From Patescibacteria group bacterium (GTDB lineage Bacteria > Patescibacteriota > Minisyncoccia > Phycocordibacterales > Phycocordibacteraceae): a stretch of 64,000 nt of DNA. The notes beneath the pieces were generated by a model. It was not told where the DNA came from. It did no database searches and was given only the letters and a program-made list of their open reading frames with translations. Below, piece by piece: positions 8,986 through 21,762 of this stretch. The DNA lies in contig JBBTSO010000005.1 of the NCBI GenBank assembly GCA_038064695.1, forward strand, positions 106,070 through 170,069, written 5' to 3'. The translations under genes were made by a program, and so were the position numbers. Each line of letters starts with the position of its first letter. Position 1 is the stretch's first letter.

Positions 8986-11376
8986 TTATGGAATAAAATT
9001 AATGATTTTATTTTTAACATAAATGACTTTTTTTGGCTTAAAATCTACATATTTTGACAATTTCTGATCATTTTTTATGCGAATAAACACCTCCCCTTCT
9101 TCAAGGTCTCGGCTAATGCGGATAGACCCTTTAGTCTTACCTCCAACCTGAACAGCAATTTCTACCTTATCCGAAGTTGCCTTTGCAGGGTCAAAAATAG
9201 GCCACATTTCTTGATGAATAGAGAAATGGTTTCCGATCCTTTCCCAAAGCTCTTCTGTAACATGAGGAGCAAAAGGGGCAATAAGTATAAGGAGTGTGTC
9301 ATATTGTTTTTTGCCAATTGTTTTTTGTTTCTCAACTTCATTAACAAAAATCATTAGTGCTGAAACAGCGGTGTTGAATTTGAATTTTTCAATATCTTCA
9401 GAAACCTTTTGAACAGTTTGGTGAAGTATTGTTTCAAGCGCAGCAACGTCTTCACTGCGTACTGAATCACGCAAACGCAATACACGTTCTATAAAACGTC
9501 GCGAACCAACCAACCCGTTGGTAGACCACGGGACGGTGTTTTCAAACGGTCCCATAAACATTTCATACACGCGCATTGAATCAGCGCCAACTGAATGAAC
9601 AATATCGTCAGGATTGATTATATTCCCCCACCGTTTGCTCATTTTTCTCCCATCTTCCGCAAGAACAAATCCAAGAAATTCAAGACGAGTAAATGGCTCA
9701 AGCGTGCTTACCAAGTTGATGTCATATAAAAATTTATGCCAAAACCGCGCATAAATAAGATGTCGGACCGCATGATCTCCTCCCACATAGACGTCTACCG
9801 GCCCCCACTTTTTTTCAATGTTTTGGTTTACTAACTCAGACGCGTTATGCGGATCCATAAAACGAAGCCAGTACCAAGAAGAACCGGCCCATTGCGGCAT
9901 AGTATTTGTTTCTCGTTTTGCATCTCCACCACAGGACGGACACGGTACGTTCACCCAACTCTCAATTGCGGCAAGCGGTGACTCTCCTGTTCCCGTAGGT
10001 TCATAGTGATCAACGTCGGGTAATAAAACCGGCAAGTCTTTTTCTGGAACGGGAACGACGCCACACTTTTTACAGTGGATGACCGGAATCGGTTCTCCCC
10101 AATAGCGCTGTCGTGAAAATACCCAGTCCTGAATTTTGTATGATGTTTTACGTTTAGCAATACCCATTTTAACCATCCACTCAACCATCTCGGCAATCAG
10201 TGTAGGAGAGATGGTTTTTCCGGTAAACGGCCCTGAATCTTTAAGAGTTCCTTCGTTGAGGTGCGCGTTTACGAATGTTCCATCACCCACCACTGTTCTT
10301 AGTGGAATGTTATATTTTTCAGCAAATGCCACATCGCGTTCGTCATGACCAGAGCAACGAATTGCTCCGGTGCCAAAATTCATTAAGGCGAAGTTTGCCA
10401 CCCACACTGGCATACGCGCACCTTCTCGGTAAGGATCTTCAACATAGCACCCTGTAAACACCCCAAGTTTTTCTTTTCCCTCAGTTCGCTCAAGCATTGT
10501 TTTTGAAGCCATCAATGACACAAATTGCAGTACCTCCTGTTCTGTTTCAAGACCCTGCACTAGTTTCGGCACCAACGGATGCTCTGGAGCTAGTACAACG
10601 TACGTGTCAGCGTACATCCACGCCGGATATGCGCTAAATGTTTCAATGGCAAAATCCTGGTCAACAACAGGGTGAGAAACGATTATGCCTTCCTTTTTTC
10701 CAATCCAATTTCGTTGCGCTTCCTTAATGTGCTCTGGCCACTCGGTGAGGGAGTCCAGGTCTTGAAGCATGCGGTCAGCATACTCAGTAATTTTCAATAC
10801 CCACTGACGCATAGGTTTTTTTGTGACAGTGCTGTCGCAGCGCTCACACGTGCCGTCAGCATTCACATCTTCATTCGCAAGTCCTGTTTGGCAGGACGGG
10901 CACCAGTTTATCGGTTCAAACGATTGATGCGCGAGGCCTTTTTCAAAAAGTTTAAGAAAAATCCACTGCGTCCATTTATAAAACGCGGGGTCAGTCGTGT
11001 TAATTTCACGAGTCCAATCATAGTTAAAACCGAGCAGGGCGAGCTGATTCTTGAAGTTGGCAATGTTTTTCTCAACCGCGACGCGTGGGTGTACTTTATG
11101 TTTTATCGCAAAATTTTCTGCAGGCAACCCGAACGCATCCCACCCCATGGGATGCAATACCTCAAACCCATTCATTTTTTTATATCGGGAATATATGTCA
11201 GTCGCTATGTACCCTTTTGGATGCCCCACGTGGAGCCCTTCACCCGATGGGTACGGAAACATATCCAGAATGTACTGTTTAGGTTTGTCAGTTGAAGCAT
11301 TCGTCTTATAGAGCGACGCCTCCGCCCAGCGTTTCTGCCATTTTGATTCTATTGCTTTATGATCGTACGGCTCCAT
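8986..11376 (-). CDS. leuS: Leucyl-tRNA synthetase with divergent CP1 editing domain
   Basis: MFPYPSGEGLHVGH, GWDAFGLPAEN, SRQRYWGEPIP, KMSKR. Confidence 0.97.
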   Translation of the reverse strand: MEPYDHKAIESKWQKRWAEASLYKTNASTDKPKQYILDMFPYPSGEGLHVGHPKGYIATDIYSRYKKMNGFEVLHPMGWDAFGLPAENFAIKHKVHPRVAVEKNIANFKNQLALLGFNYDWTREINTTDPAFYKWTQWIFLKLFEKGLAHQSFEPINWCPSCQTGLANEDVNADGTCERCDSTVTKKPMRQWVLKITEYADRMLQDLDSLTEWPEHIKEAQRNWIGKKEGIIVSHPVVDQDFAIETFSAYPAWMYADTYVVLAPEHPLVPKLVQGLETEQEVLQFVSLMASKTMLERTEGKEKLGVFTGCYVEDPYREGARMPVWVANFALMNFGTGAIRCSGHDERDVAFAEKYNIPLRTVVGDGTFVNAHLNEGTLKDSGPFTGKTISPTLIAEMVEWMVKMGIAKRKTSYKIQDWVFSRQRYWGEPIPVIHCKKCGVVPVPEKDLPVLLPDVDHYEPTGTGESPLAAIESWVNVPCPSCGGDAKRETNTMPQWAGSSWYWLRFMDPHNASELVNQNIEKKWGPVDVYVGGDHAVRHLIYARFWHKFLYDINLVSTLEPFTRLEFLGFVLAEDGRKMSKRWGNIINPDDIVHSVGADSMRVYEMFMGPFENTVPWSTNGLVGSRRFIERVLRLRDSVRSEDVAALETILHQTVQKVSEDIEKFKFNTAVSALMIFVNEVEKQKTIGKKQYDTLLILIAPFAPHVTEELWERIGNHFSIHQEMWPIFDPAKATSDKVEIAVQVGGKTKGSIRISRDLEEGEVFIRIKNDQKLSKYVDFKPKKVIYVKNKIINFIP

Positions 11377-11438
11377 AATTATTACTGAGTATACCGTATC
11401 TAGCGTTCAATAAAAAAACCATATCTCTGCTCCTTCAA

Positions 11439-11658
11439 AGCGAGGACAATGCACATTTTTGAGACTTAGACCCGGGCTCGTTTCTCACTTAAGCGAGGCG
11501 ATACTTGTTTTGAGGAGAGTAAGACTTGGGCTAGCGCCCTGGAGCGCTCTCCGAAAAATGAGTATCACCGAGCGACTCTCTACTTTCAAACGAGTGAAGA
11601 GAGTATTTAAATAGATTTAAATACTCTTGAGCGAGCGCTGAAAGCAAGCTTTGCTTAT
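11439..11658. repeat. Intergenic cluster of REP-like palindromic modules
   Basis: 11515-11551 matches uvrB 39925-39961 at 33/37; 11629-11658 matches reverse complement of mnmA 4621-4650 at 26/30; hairpin gagtatttaaat/atttaaatactc. Confidence 0.85.
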
Positions 11659-12197
11659 TCTTTGAATTTCTTAACCCCAATATACACAAGCACGATGAGT
11701 GCAAGTCCCACAATGCCTAGACGAATGTAATCACCCGCTGCTTCCCAATAACGAACTGAAGCGATGATGAACGAGAGAACACCTCCGTACGAAAGTCCTG
11801 CGGACACTGCGGGAGACATACGAAGCACAAACCCAAGTCCGATTGACAGCGCGCCGAGCACCACGAGCGCGACAAATACATTTTGTGAGTACGCTTTTCG
11901 CTCATCTTCATATTCCATCTGACAGGTAAAGAATTCGTTACAATAACCCTTCGGTTCAGAGAGGTCTACTGGTTTAACGTCAGTGTACGGCGGATTCCAC
12001 TGCCCCCCAACGGCAACACACGATTCTTCAGAATCCAAAACGGGGCGTACTTGCTGTTGTACACAGAAATCTTCAAACTTCGGTTCAGGCGTTACCGTCT
12101 GAATCGCTACCGCAAAAAATAAGTTGAGAATAATAATTATGCCAATTGAGAGTGCCCACTTCAGCACACCTTTGCCTTTAAATTGGGTTGCATCCAT
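11655..12197 (-). CDS. Hypothetical membrane protein (4 TM, Cys-containing extracellular loop)
   Basis: Hydropathy pattern; ESCVAVGGQW...GYC loop. Confidence 0.8.
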   Translation of the reverse strand: MDATQFKGKGVLKWALSIGIIIILNLFFAVAIQTVTPEPKFEDFCVQQQVRPVLDSEESCVAVGGQWNPPYTDVKPVDLSEPKGYCNEFFTCQMEYEDERKAYSQNVFVALVVLGALSIGLGFVLRMSPAVSAGLSYGGVLSFIIASVRYWEAAGDYIRLGIVGLALIVLVYIGVKKFKE

Positions 12198-12206
12198 ATA
12201 GAAACA

Positions 12207-13307
12207 TTATACCTTAAATTCAATGACGTCTCCGTCTTTCACCACGTACTCCTTACCTTCCGTACGCACCCGTCCTTTTTCGCGTGCTTTTGCAAATGAA
12301 CCCGCTTCAACGAGATCAGTGTACGCAACCACCTCCGCGCGAATAAATTTATCTCTGAAATCAGAGTGAATAGCTGCTCCCGCGACAGGCGCGGTAGACC
12401 CAATCTGAACGGTCCACGCGCGCGTTTCTTTCTCTCCTGTAGTGAAGTAACTCATCAAACCCAAAAGGGTATACGCTTCTCGGATGAGTTCATCTACTCC
12501 ATTATCAAGAACGCCGAATTCGCGACGCAAACTTTCTTTTTCTTCGTGAGAAACGTCACGGAGTTCTCCTTCAATTGCTGCGTCTACCGTAACGTACGAG
12601 GCCGTGGATTCGTTAAAAAAATGTTTGAGGTTATGCCACCGCTCATCGTTCATTTCGTCTAAGTTATGCCCGCCTGCTTTTCGGTTCAATACGTACATCA
12701 TTGGCTTCATGGTCAATAAGTGAACAGTAATGAGCGCAGCGTGATCAGTTTCAGTGAGGGGCGCCTGGCGAGCAAGCAGCCCCTGGTCAAGGGTTGCCTT
12801 TACCTTAACTAACGCCTCCTGTTCAAGTACCGCCTCTTTTTTACCCTGTTTTACATCGCGCTCGAGTGTTGCAATGCGTTTAGTTACTGTTTGTAAATCA
12901 GCCAGAATGAGTTCTAGGTTAATGATGCCCACATCGCGAAGCGGATCCACCTGCCCCTCTTCCACGTGAGTAATGTCCGCGTCTTCAAACAGTCTGACGA
13001 CGTGTGCTATGGCGTCCACTTCACGAATGTGTGATAGGAATTGATTTCCTAAACCTGCCCCTTCTGAAGCACCGCGAACTAATCCCGCAATATCAACAAA
13101 CTCAATGGCCGCAGGAATAATTTTTTCTGATCCAGAAAGAGTGGAGAGAACTTGGAGGCGTGGGTCTGGCACCGCGACAATTCCGACCGAAGGGTCAATG
13201 GTGCAGAAGGGGTAGTTTTCAGCAGGGACAGCTTTTTCAGTCAGTGCATTAAAAAGCGTGGATTTCCCCACGTTTGGTAACCCCACGATGCCTACCGATA
13301 TATTCAT
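12207..13307 (-). CDS. ychF: Ribosome-binding ATPase YchF
   Basis: GIVGLPNVGKST, NYPFCTI, DIAGLV, EGKEYVVKDGD; start re-called at ATG 13307. Confidence 0.97.
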   Translation of the reverse strand: MNISVGIVGLPNVGKSTLFNALTEKAVPAENYPFCTIDPSVGIVAVPDPRLQVLSTLSGSEKIIPAAIEFVDIAGLVRGASEGAGLGNQFLSHIREVDAIAHVVRLFEDADITHVEEGQVDPLRDVGIINLELILADLQTVTKRIATLERDVKQGKKEAVLEQEALVKVKATLDQGLLARQAPLTETDHAALITVHLLTMKPMMYVLNRKAGGHNLDEMNDERWHNLKHFFNESTASYVTVDAAIEGELRDVSHEEKESLRREFGVLDNGVDELIREAYTLLGLMSYFTTGEKETRAWTVQIGSTAPVAGAAIHSDFRDKFIRAEVVAYTDLVEAGSFAKAREKGRVRTEGKEYVVKDGDVIEFKV

Positions 13308-13319
13308 TTTCCTGAGTAT

Positions 13320-13359
13320 AAAACAAAAAACCACCTATTCAAAGGTGGTTTTTTGTTTT
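13320..13359. terminator. Intrinsic terminator hairpin
   Basis: aaaacaaaaaaccacct-attcaa-aggtggttttttgtttt. Confidence 0.8.
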
Positions 13360-13519
13360 AATTCCAGTTAATTTCTCGGTAGGCTTCTCGCATTGCATCA
13401 CCGGCTTCTTTTAAGTTTTCTTGCCAATCTTCATTTATTGCAAGCCCAGCGCAACCGGCGAGTATAGCAGCACAACTGGCCAAAGCACCATAACTCAAAA
13501 TTTTTATAGTTTTATCCAT
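13358..13519 (-). CDS. 53 aa small protein with lipobox-like LAGC (not in ORF track)
   Basis: MDKTIKILSYGALASCAAILAGCAGLAINEDWQENLKEAGDAMREAYREINWN; terminator directly after stop. Confidence 0.6.
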   Translation of the reverse strand: MDKTIKILSYGALASCAAILAGCAGLAINEDWQENLKEAGDAMREAYREINWN

Positions 13520-13630
13520 AATGTTATATTTAACAAATTAACAATCCACCACGAAACGGGTAAATTTGAATTAGAATACCCTAATTCGAAAATTAATACC
13601 AGTAAATCTGCAGTAGACTTGTGGAATAAT

Positions 13631-13876
13631 CTACAAATTCACATTAACATTATTTAAATAAAAAGTCAATACATTAAGTGTACTTTCAGTTTCCCGGGTT
13701 TCTACAGGTAAAACGGGTTGTTTTTCAAGAGTTTCGTTTAGTATACGAGTCTGTTCATCCTCTTCCGCTATGCCAAACCTATGTGTAACAAGCGCCACAA
13801 CAATCAAAAGAGCGGCAAATAAAACAAGGAGGTTTTTCCGCTCACTTTTTGTCATTACCCTTTCTTGGGCAGCCAT
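13631..13876 (-). CDS. Small single-TM orphan protein
   Basis: Basic N-terminus, TM helix, acidic tail; TATAGT just upstream of ATG. Confidence 0.6.
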   Translation of the reverse strand: MAAQERVMTKSERKNLLVLFAALLIVVALVTHRFGIAEEDEQTRILNETLEKQPVLPVETRETESTLNVLTFYLNNVNVNL

Positions 13877-13908
13877 ACAGCTAAACTATACTCTTCTCAC
13901 AAAAGGTT

Positions 13909-14490
13909 TCAAATGCCTTTTTTGCCAAGCTTTCGGACAAAGTGTAACCACCGCTTGTGAGTTTTAACGGAAGCTTTTTCCGAAGAAGAGAAAATATTTA
14001 TCTTTGTGGTGAATCCTGAAAATCCTAATATCCCGCGAGAAAGCTCGTTAGTAAAGTCACCAAAAAGGAGGTACGAAAGGAGTGGGTGTGCAAGTGAACA
14101 GATAAATATACGAGCAGTTTTACCTCTCATTTTTTGATGCCACCCAAGTCCGTTTTTGAAAAACTGGAATGCAAATCCAGGTAACCACACTCGGTCAAAA
14201 AGCCCTTTGAGGAGCGCAGGAATGCTGTACCACCAGTTGGGGTACAAAATGACCACGTGGTTGGCCCACGTGATGTTTTCTTGGAATTGAATTAAATCGG
14301 GTTCAAGTGCCTGTATCGTTTTATACCCACGATGTAAAATGGGATCAAACTGCATTTTCCCAAGGTGTTGTATGCGAACCTGGTGCCCTCCTTCTCGTGC
14401 CCCCTCCCCATATGAGTTTGCTAAGGCACTCGTGAATGTTGGCTCAGGGTCAGGATGCCCAATGAGTATAAAAATATTTTTTGACTCCAT
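13909..14490 (-). CDS. NAD(P)H-dependent flavodoxin-fold oxidoreductase
   Basis: GHP, PNWWYSIPALLKGLFDRV..PGFAF. Confidence 0.9.
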   Translation of the reverse strand: MESKNIFILIGHPDPEPTFTSALANSYGEGAREGGHQVRIQHLGKMQFDPILHRGYKTIQALEPDLIQFQENITWANHVVILYPNWWYSIPALLKGLFDRVWLPGFAFQFFKNGLGWHQKMRGKTARIFICSLAHPLLSYLLFGDFTNELSRGILGFSGFTTKINIFSSSEKASVKTHKRWLHFVRKLGKKGI

Positions 14491-14495
14491 GAATA

Positions 14496-14726
14496 CTACT
14501 CACCGCGAAACATTTTTTGTAGTTCTGCCTGATTTTCTTTGGCGACGGCTTGCATAGCCATCATTTGGTTTTCACCACGCTTCACGCGTTCTTGAATTTT
14601 TTTTGCCATAGAAGTAAAAAACTCAGGATTCTTTTCAACCATGCTTATAACCTGCTCCTGCATTTCCTTTGGCATCCCCTTAAGCTGCTTAGCCATGAGG
14701 GCCTTCATCATCATCCGTTTAAACAT
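14496..14726 (-). CDS. Small Met/Gln-rich helical hypothetical protein
   Basis: 76 aa, tight spacing to neighbour, -10-like box upstream. Confidence 0.7.
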   Translation of the reverse strand: MFKRMMMKALMAKQLKGMPKEMQEQVISMVEKNPEFFTSMAKKIQERVKRGENQMMAMQAVAKENQAELQKMFRGE

Positions 14727-14764
14727 ATGTGTCCTATTCTACCAGAAATCTAAAAAGACGGTAT

Positions 14765-14962
14765 TTAATACGCATCCGGGTTAGCGGTACAGATAGCAAA
14801 GCAAGTAACTTTTGCTTTCATTCCTAGTTCTTTAATACAGCGCGTAATGCATGGCCCGGTGTTTAATTCGTAGGAAAGCACGGCGACAACACCTAACGCG
14901 AAAAACGCAGCTGCATACACCATATATAACCGCTCACGGTTTACTATTTGTTCTCCGCTCAT
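14765..14962 (-). CDS. Small single-TM Cys-rich orphan
   Basis: TM helix then CITRC...CFAIC; start re-called at ATG 14962. Confidence 0.55.
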   Translation of the reverse strand: MSGEQIVNRERLYMVYAAAFFALGVVAVLSYELNTGPCITRCIKELGMKAKVTCFAICTANPDAY

Positions 14963-15064
14963 AGAGGTAATTTTTATACTGTACGCTCTTAGTATTTTTT
15001 CGCAAGAAAGGTCATTTTGATAGAAACTTTTCACATCGTACAAAGAGGTGTATGTTGATTTTAG

Positions 15065-15493
15065 ATGAGTATTACTGCTCCGCTTTCGTGCCAATCCATA
15101 ATTTCATTTAATTCACTAAAAGATGAGCCCAACCCGCGCGTGTTCCTTGAACAATTTCCTACCTCGCCTGTGTATATGGTTCCTTCTACGAAGGACACCG
15201 ACCCCTTTGCCGAGGCAGAGAAAGTAACAGTAATGTTTCAAAATAAAAATGTCTGCGTATTAGTGCCAGGAGTGACCTTTGATATACACGGCACGCGTCA
15301 CGGACGCGGTGGGGGCTGGTACGACCGTTTTTTGTCGCGCCTTCCTCGTTCATGGCTCAAGATTGGGGTCACAACCCCGGAGCATCTTTCACACGCACCA
15401 TTAAAAAGAGAAGTATGGGATGAGCCTATGTCGCTACTCGCACTTATTCATCAAGACACGCTTACTTTGCAAAGCGTGCGTAAAAAATTATAG
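15065..15493 (+). CDS. 5-formyltetrahydrofolate cyclo-ligase family protein (short)
   Basis: VLVPGVTFD..GTRHGRGGGWYDRFL...WDEPM. Confidence 0.85.
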   Translation: MSITAPLSCQSIISFNSLKDEPNPRVFLEQFPTSPVYMVPSTKDTDPFAEAEKVTVMFQNKNVCVLVPGVTFDIHGTRHGRGGGWYDRFLSRLPRSWLKIGVTTPEHLSHAPLKREVWDEPMSLLALIHQDTLTLQSVRKKL

Positions 15494-15718
15494 GAGCACT
15501 ACCGCTTCGTTAGACGATACTTCCAACACTCCGTCCTCAACAGAAAACTCGCTGTTGCCACTCTCTGTGCGGATCGTGGCAACACCTTTTTTAAGAAGCA
15601 CCACATATGGCTCGTGATGCGGAAGTATGGTTACCATCCCCTCAACGGTAGGGAGCGACACCGAGAGTGCTTCTCCGTCAAAAAGATTTTCGTGTACTTT
15701 TGCAATGATGACACGCAT
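15488..15718 (-). CDS. atpC: ATP synthase epsilon, beta-sandwich domain only
   Basis: LPTVEGMVTILPHHEP, GVLEV; last gene of atp operon. Confidence 0.92.
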   Translation of the reverse strand: MRVIIAKVHENLFDGEALSVSLPTVEGMVTILPHHEPYVVLLKKGVATIRTESGNSEFSVEDGVLEVSSNEAVVLL

Positions 15719-15727
15719 AGAGACAAT

Positions 15728-18026
<2,299 letters not shown>

Positions 18027-18029
18027 ACA

Positions 18030-19583
18030 TTATAGAGAAGCGGTTTTCACAAAGGTATCCAAGGCGCTTTTGAGTGCTTGTTCTGATGATTCGCTGATGA
18101 GTCGATCCGTACGAATAGCGTTCAACACAGATTCGTGTTCTCGATCCATGTACGCCAAAAATTGTTTTTCAACCACGCCCATTTTTTCCGGTGGGAATGA
18201 ACCGAAGTGTCCGTTCGTTGCTCCGTAAATAACAACTACCTGCCGCTCAAATGCCATTGGTTCGTGTTTACCTTGGTTTAAAACCGCGCTCAACCGGCGA
18301 CCGATATCAATGCGTTTTTTAGTGTCTTCGTCCAAGTCAGACGCAAACTGCATAAAGGCCTCCAACTCTCTGAACTGCGCAAGGTCCAATTTAATACGCC
18401 CGGCAACTTTTTTCATTGCTTTTGTCTGTGCGGCACTCCCCACGCGAGATACTGAAATACCAACGTTAATAGCAGGACGACTCCCTTTGTTGAAGAGGTC
18501 AGCTTCAAGGAACATCTGTCCGTCGGTAATGGAAATAACGTTGGTAGGAATGTAGGCTGAAATGTCTCCTTCTTGTGTTTCAATTATAGGCAGCGCGGTC
18601 AGCGACCCTCCTCCTTTTTCTTTAGAGAGTTTTGCGGCACGCTCCAAGAGACGTGAGTGGAGGTAGAAAATGTCACCAGGGTACGCTTCACGTCCTGGCG
18701 GACGACGGAGCAACAATGAGAGTTGGCGATACGCCACTGCTTGTTTTGAAAGGTCGTCGTAAATAACTAATACATCCTTTCCTTTCTCCATAAAGTACTC
18801 GCCGAGCGTTACCCCTGCGTACGGAGCTAAGAATTGAAATGCCGCTGAGGAAGATGCAGGAGCGGTTACTACAATGGTGTACTCCATCGCGCCACGTTCA
18901 GTGAGAAGTGCCGTAATGCGTGCCGTCTTTGACTCTTTCTGACCAATGGCAACGTAAATACAAATCGGTCGCGTATCCTTTGGCTCATTTTTTTGGTTTA
19001 AAATCGCATCAATAGCTACTGTTGTTTTACCCGTCGCGCGGTCACCGATAATCAATTCACGTTGTCCGCGCCCGATTGGGATCAACGCGTCAATTGCTTT
19101 TGTTCCTGTATGAATAGGGGTATCAACGGGAGCACGGTCAATAACGCCGTACGCCTCGCGTTCAATGGGAGCGAAGCCCGATGCTTCAACCGGTCCTTTG
19201 CCGTCCACCGCTTCGCCGAGTGGGTTTACGATACGGCCTATAAATGCATCGCCAACTGGTATTGAAAGCAACTTTCCCGTACGGCGCACAATCATTCCCT
19301 CAACCACGCGCGAACCTTCTCCGAGAATGATGGCCTTCACGGTGTCTTCTTCCAAGTTCAAAATGAGTCCAAAAAGTTGTGTGTCATGCGTAAGCGCGTC
19401 TTTGACGGTGCTCACACTCGATTCATCAAAAACAATCATTTCTGCCATTTGCGCGCCGAAGAGACCTTCAATTTCAACAATACCGTCGCCCACTTTTCGC
19501 ACCACTCCCACCTCTTCACGCTCAGCTTTTGGTTGTAGCGTTTCTATTTCTTTCTTGAGCCGCTCTAAGATTGTTTTGTCCAT
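18030..19583 (-). CDS. atpA: ATP synthase alpha
   Basis: [29 protein letters not shown]. Confidence 0.98.
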   Translation of the reverse strand: MDKTILERLKKEIETLQPKAEREEVGVVRKVGDGIVEIEGLFGAQMAEMIVFDESSVSTVKDALTHDTQLFGLILNLEEDTVKAIILGEGSRVVEGMIVRRTGKLLSIPVGDAFIGRIVNPLGEAVDGKGPVEASGFAPIEREAYGVIDRAPVDTPIHTGTKAIDALIPIGRGQRELIIGDRATGKTTVAIDAILNQKNEPKDTRPICIYVAIGQKESKTARITALLTERGAMEYTIVVTAPASSSAAFQFLAPYAGVTLGEYFMEKGKDVLVIYDDLSKQAVAYRQLSLLLRRPPGREAYPGDIFYLHSRLLERAAKLSKEKGGGSLTALPIIETQEGDISAYIPTNVISITDGQMFLEADLFNKGSRPAINVGISVSRVGSAAQTKAMKKVAGRIKLDLAQFRELEAFMQFASDLDEDTKKRIDIGRRLSAVLNQGKHEPMAFERQVVVIYGATNGHFGSFPPEKMGVVEKQFLAYMDREHESVLNAIRTDRLISESSEQALKSALDTFVKTASL

Positions 19584-19586
19584 ACG

Positions 19587-19937
19587 TTATTGTTGAGTAA
19601 TTTTTTGATAAAGTGACACGAGCGTGCGACGATACGACGCGTCTATTAATGACCCTCCTTTTCTAACCACATATCCGCCCACAATGGAAGGGTCCACTTT
19701 TGTTTCCACCGTGCCTTCACCAAGGTGAAGCGCGTGAGGAACAAATTTTTTCCCTTCTTTTTCAGATGCCACCGTAAGCTGAATCTGATCGCTATCTGGG
19801 GTGCGTTCAATGATGCGTGCTACCTGAGGAAGCAGCGACTCGTGACCTCGCTTTTTCATATACGCAATAACCTCATCAATCTTCCCTCCTTCACGGAGCG
19901 GTGCGATGATTGTTGCATAGTAGTGAGCGAGTGACAT
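19587..19937 (-). CDS. atpH: ATP synthase delta (short form)
   Basis: VDPSIVGGYVVRKGGSLIDAS; operon position. Confidence 0.88.
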   Translation of the reverse strand: MSLAHYYATIIAPLREGGKIDEVIAYMKKRGHESLLPQVARIIERTPDSDQIQLTVASEKEGKKFVPHALHLGEGTVETKVDPSIVGGYVVRKGGSLIDASYRRTLVSLYQKITQQ

Positions 19938-19940
19938 ACG

Positions 19941-20390
19941 TTATGCTATTTTTTCTTTAAGTATTTTTTCTGCGGCAAGAATGGCAACTTTCACCATTTC
20001 TTTTTCGCTTTCAGCTAATGCCGCGCGCTTCAACTCCTCAGCTTGCGTACGCGCTTCGCTTAGTACTCCCTCTGCTCGCTCCTGCGCGGTTTTTAGAATA
20101 TCGGTGCGCTGATTTTTTGCCTCGTTGACCGCGCGTTCAACCACTGCGCCTGCTTCTTTTTGTGCAGAAGTTAAAATGCCTGTTTTTTCCTGTTCAATGA
20201 CCGCGCGCGCTTCTGATGCTTCACGGGCATCATCTAACCCTTTTTTGAGCACCGCCTCACGCTCCGCTAACACGTGCATTAACGGCTTGTACAAGAAAAA
20301 AGTAAGTCCACCGAACACGATAAGGAAGTTAACTCCTTGTGCGATGAGTAGTTTCCAGTCAACACCGAAAGCGGCAAAAAGCTCCCCCAT
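19941..20390 (-). CDS. atpF: ATP synthase b
   Basis: AQGVNF TM, YKPL, coiled coil. Confidence 0.93.
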   Translation of the reverse strand: MGELFAAFGVDWKLLIAQGVNFLIVFGGLTFFLYKPLMHVLAEREAVLKKGLDDAREASEARAVIEQEKTGILTSAQKEAGAVVERAVNEAKNQRTDILKTAQERAEGVLSEARTQAEELKRAALAESEKEMVKVAILAAEKILKEKIA

Positions 20391-20397
20391 GCACTTT

Positions 20398-20658
<261 letters not shown>

Positions 20659-21411
20659 CTAATGCTCTCCGTGTGGGGTAACTGCAATTTTGATAAAGAA
20701 GAGTGTTAGAAGCGCAAATACGGCTCCTTGAATTACGCTCACAAATGCTTCGTATAAAACCAGTGGCACGGGGGCGATATACGGAACAAAGAAAAGTGCC
20801 AACAAGATTAATACTTTCCCCGCAAAAATATTTCCAAAGAGACGAAAGGAAAACGTAATGAGACGAGCCACCTCACTGATTAGCTCAATAATGCCTACAA
20901 TGAAGCCAATCACTGAAGTAAAATTAACAAATTTTGAAAAATATTTCAAGAATCCGAGTGCTGCAATACCAGCAAATTCAATAACAACGAAAGAAATAAT
21001 GGCGAGTGCTATCGGTGCATTTAGATCGGTGTTGACAGGGTACAAAAGAGGAATAAACCCATGGTGCGCTTCATCGTAGAAACCAAGTGCTCCAATAAAT
21101 GGGAAGAGTCCGAAAAGATTTGCTGCTGTAACATACACAAAAATGCTCATGATGATGGGAAAATACCTTCGCGCGAGTACATCATCTTCTAAAACTTCAC
21201 GTACGTAGTTGTAAACACCAAGCACCACTTCCTCGACTGCCAACTGTCCTTTTGAAGGCGCAACTTTTAAATTTCTACCTATAAAGAAAGCAGCGACAAG
21301 GAGTAAAACTACCACCACCGAACTAGAAATTAACGTTGGGGTAATGGGAAAACCCCAGAGATCCCCGAGGTGGTACGGGGCAATAGAAATATGCAGACTT
21401 TCTGCAGCCAT
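20659..21411 (-). CDS. atpB: ATP synthase a
   Basis: SFRLFGNIFAG, IQGAVFALLT. Confidence 0.96.
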   Translation of the reverse strand: MAAESLHISIAPYHLGDLWGFPITPTLISSSVVVVLLLVAAFFIGRNLKVAPSKGQLAVEEVVLGVYNYVREVLEDDVLARRYFPIIMSIFVYVTAANLFGLFPFIGALGFYDEAHHGFIPLLYPVNTDLNAPIALAIISFVVIEFAGIAALGFLKYFSKFVNFTSVIGFIVGIIELISEVARLITFSFRLFGNIFAGKVLILLALFFVPYIAPVPLVLYEAFVSVIQGAVFALLTLFFIKIAVTPHGEH

Positions 21412-21455
21412 ATGGATACTAGTGTATCATAAAAGCATTACAAACAAACAAAAAT

Positions 21456-21758
21456 ATGAAAAATTTTGTCGCGTTTATTCGTGAACAGGGAGTGATAGGC
21501 CTCGCCATTGGTTTTATTTTAGGAGGCGCTGTTTCTACCGTCGTTGCGTCGCTTGTTAAAGATATTATTAATCCCCTTTTGGGAATTTTGCTTGGCTCTG
21601 TGGGAGGGTTAGCAACCGCACATTTCTCAATTTTAGGAGCTCAAATTATGTGGGGTAGTTTCGTATCAGTGCTTATAAACTTTTTGGTGATTGCAGCAGT
21701 CGTCTACTACGGATTCAAAGGCCTTGGGTTAGACAAATTAGACGTAAAAAAACCGTAA
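21456..21758 (+). CDS. mscL: Large-conductance mechanosensitive channel
   Basis: FVAFIREQGVIGLAIGFILG...SLVKDIINP...GSFVSVLINF. Confidence 0.92.
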   Translation: MKNFVAFIREQGVIGLAIGFILGGAVSTVVASLVKDIINPLLGILLGSVGGLATAHFSILGAQIMWGSFVSVLINFLVIAAVVYYGFKGLGLDKLDVKKP

Positions 21759-21762
21759 AACA

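Noticed and set aside
11377-11658. T-box riboswitch upstream of leuS
   Set aside because: No T-box GGTGGNACC motif on the minus strand; a TATACT box sits 11 nt from the ATG, so the hairpins are upstream of the likely promoter, and they match repeats elsewhere.
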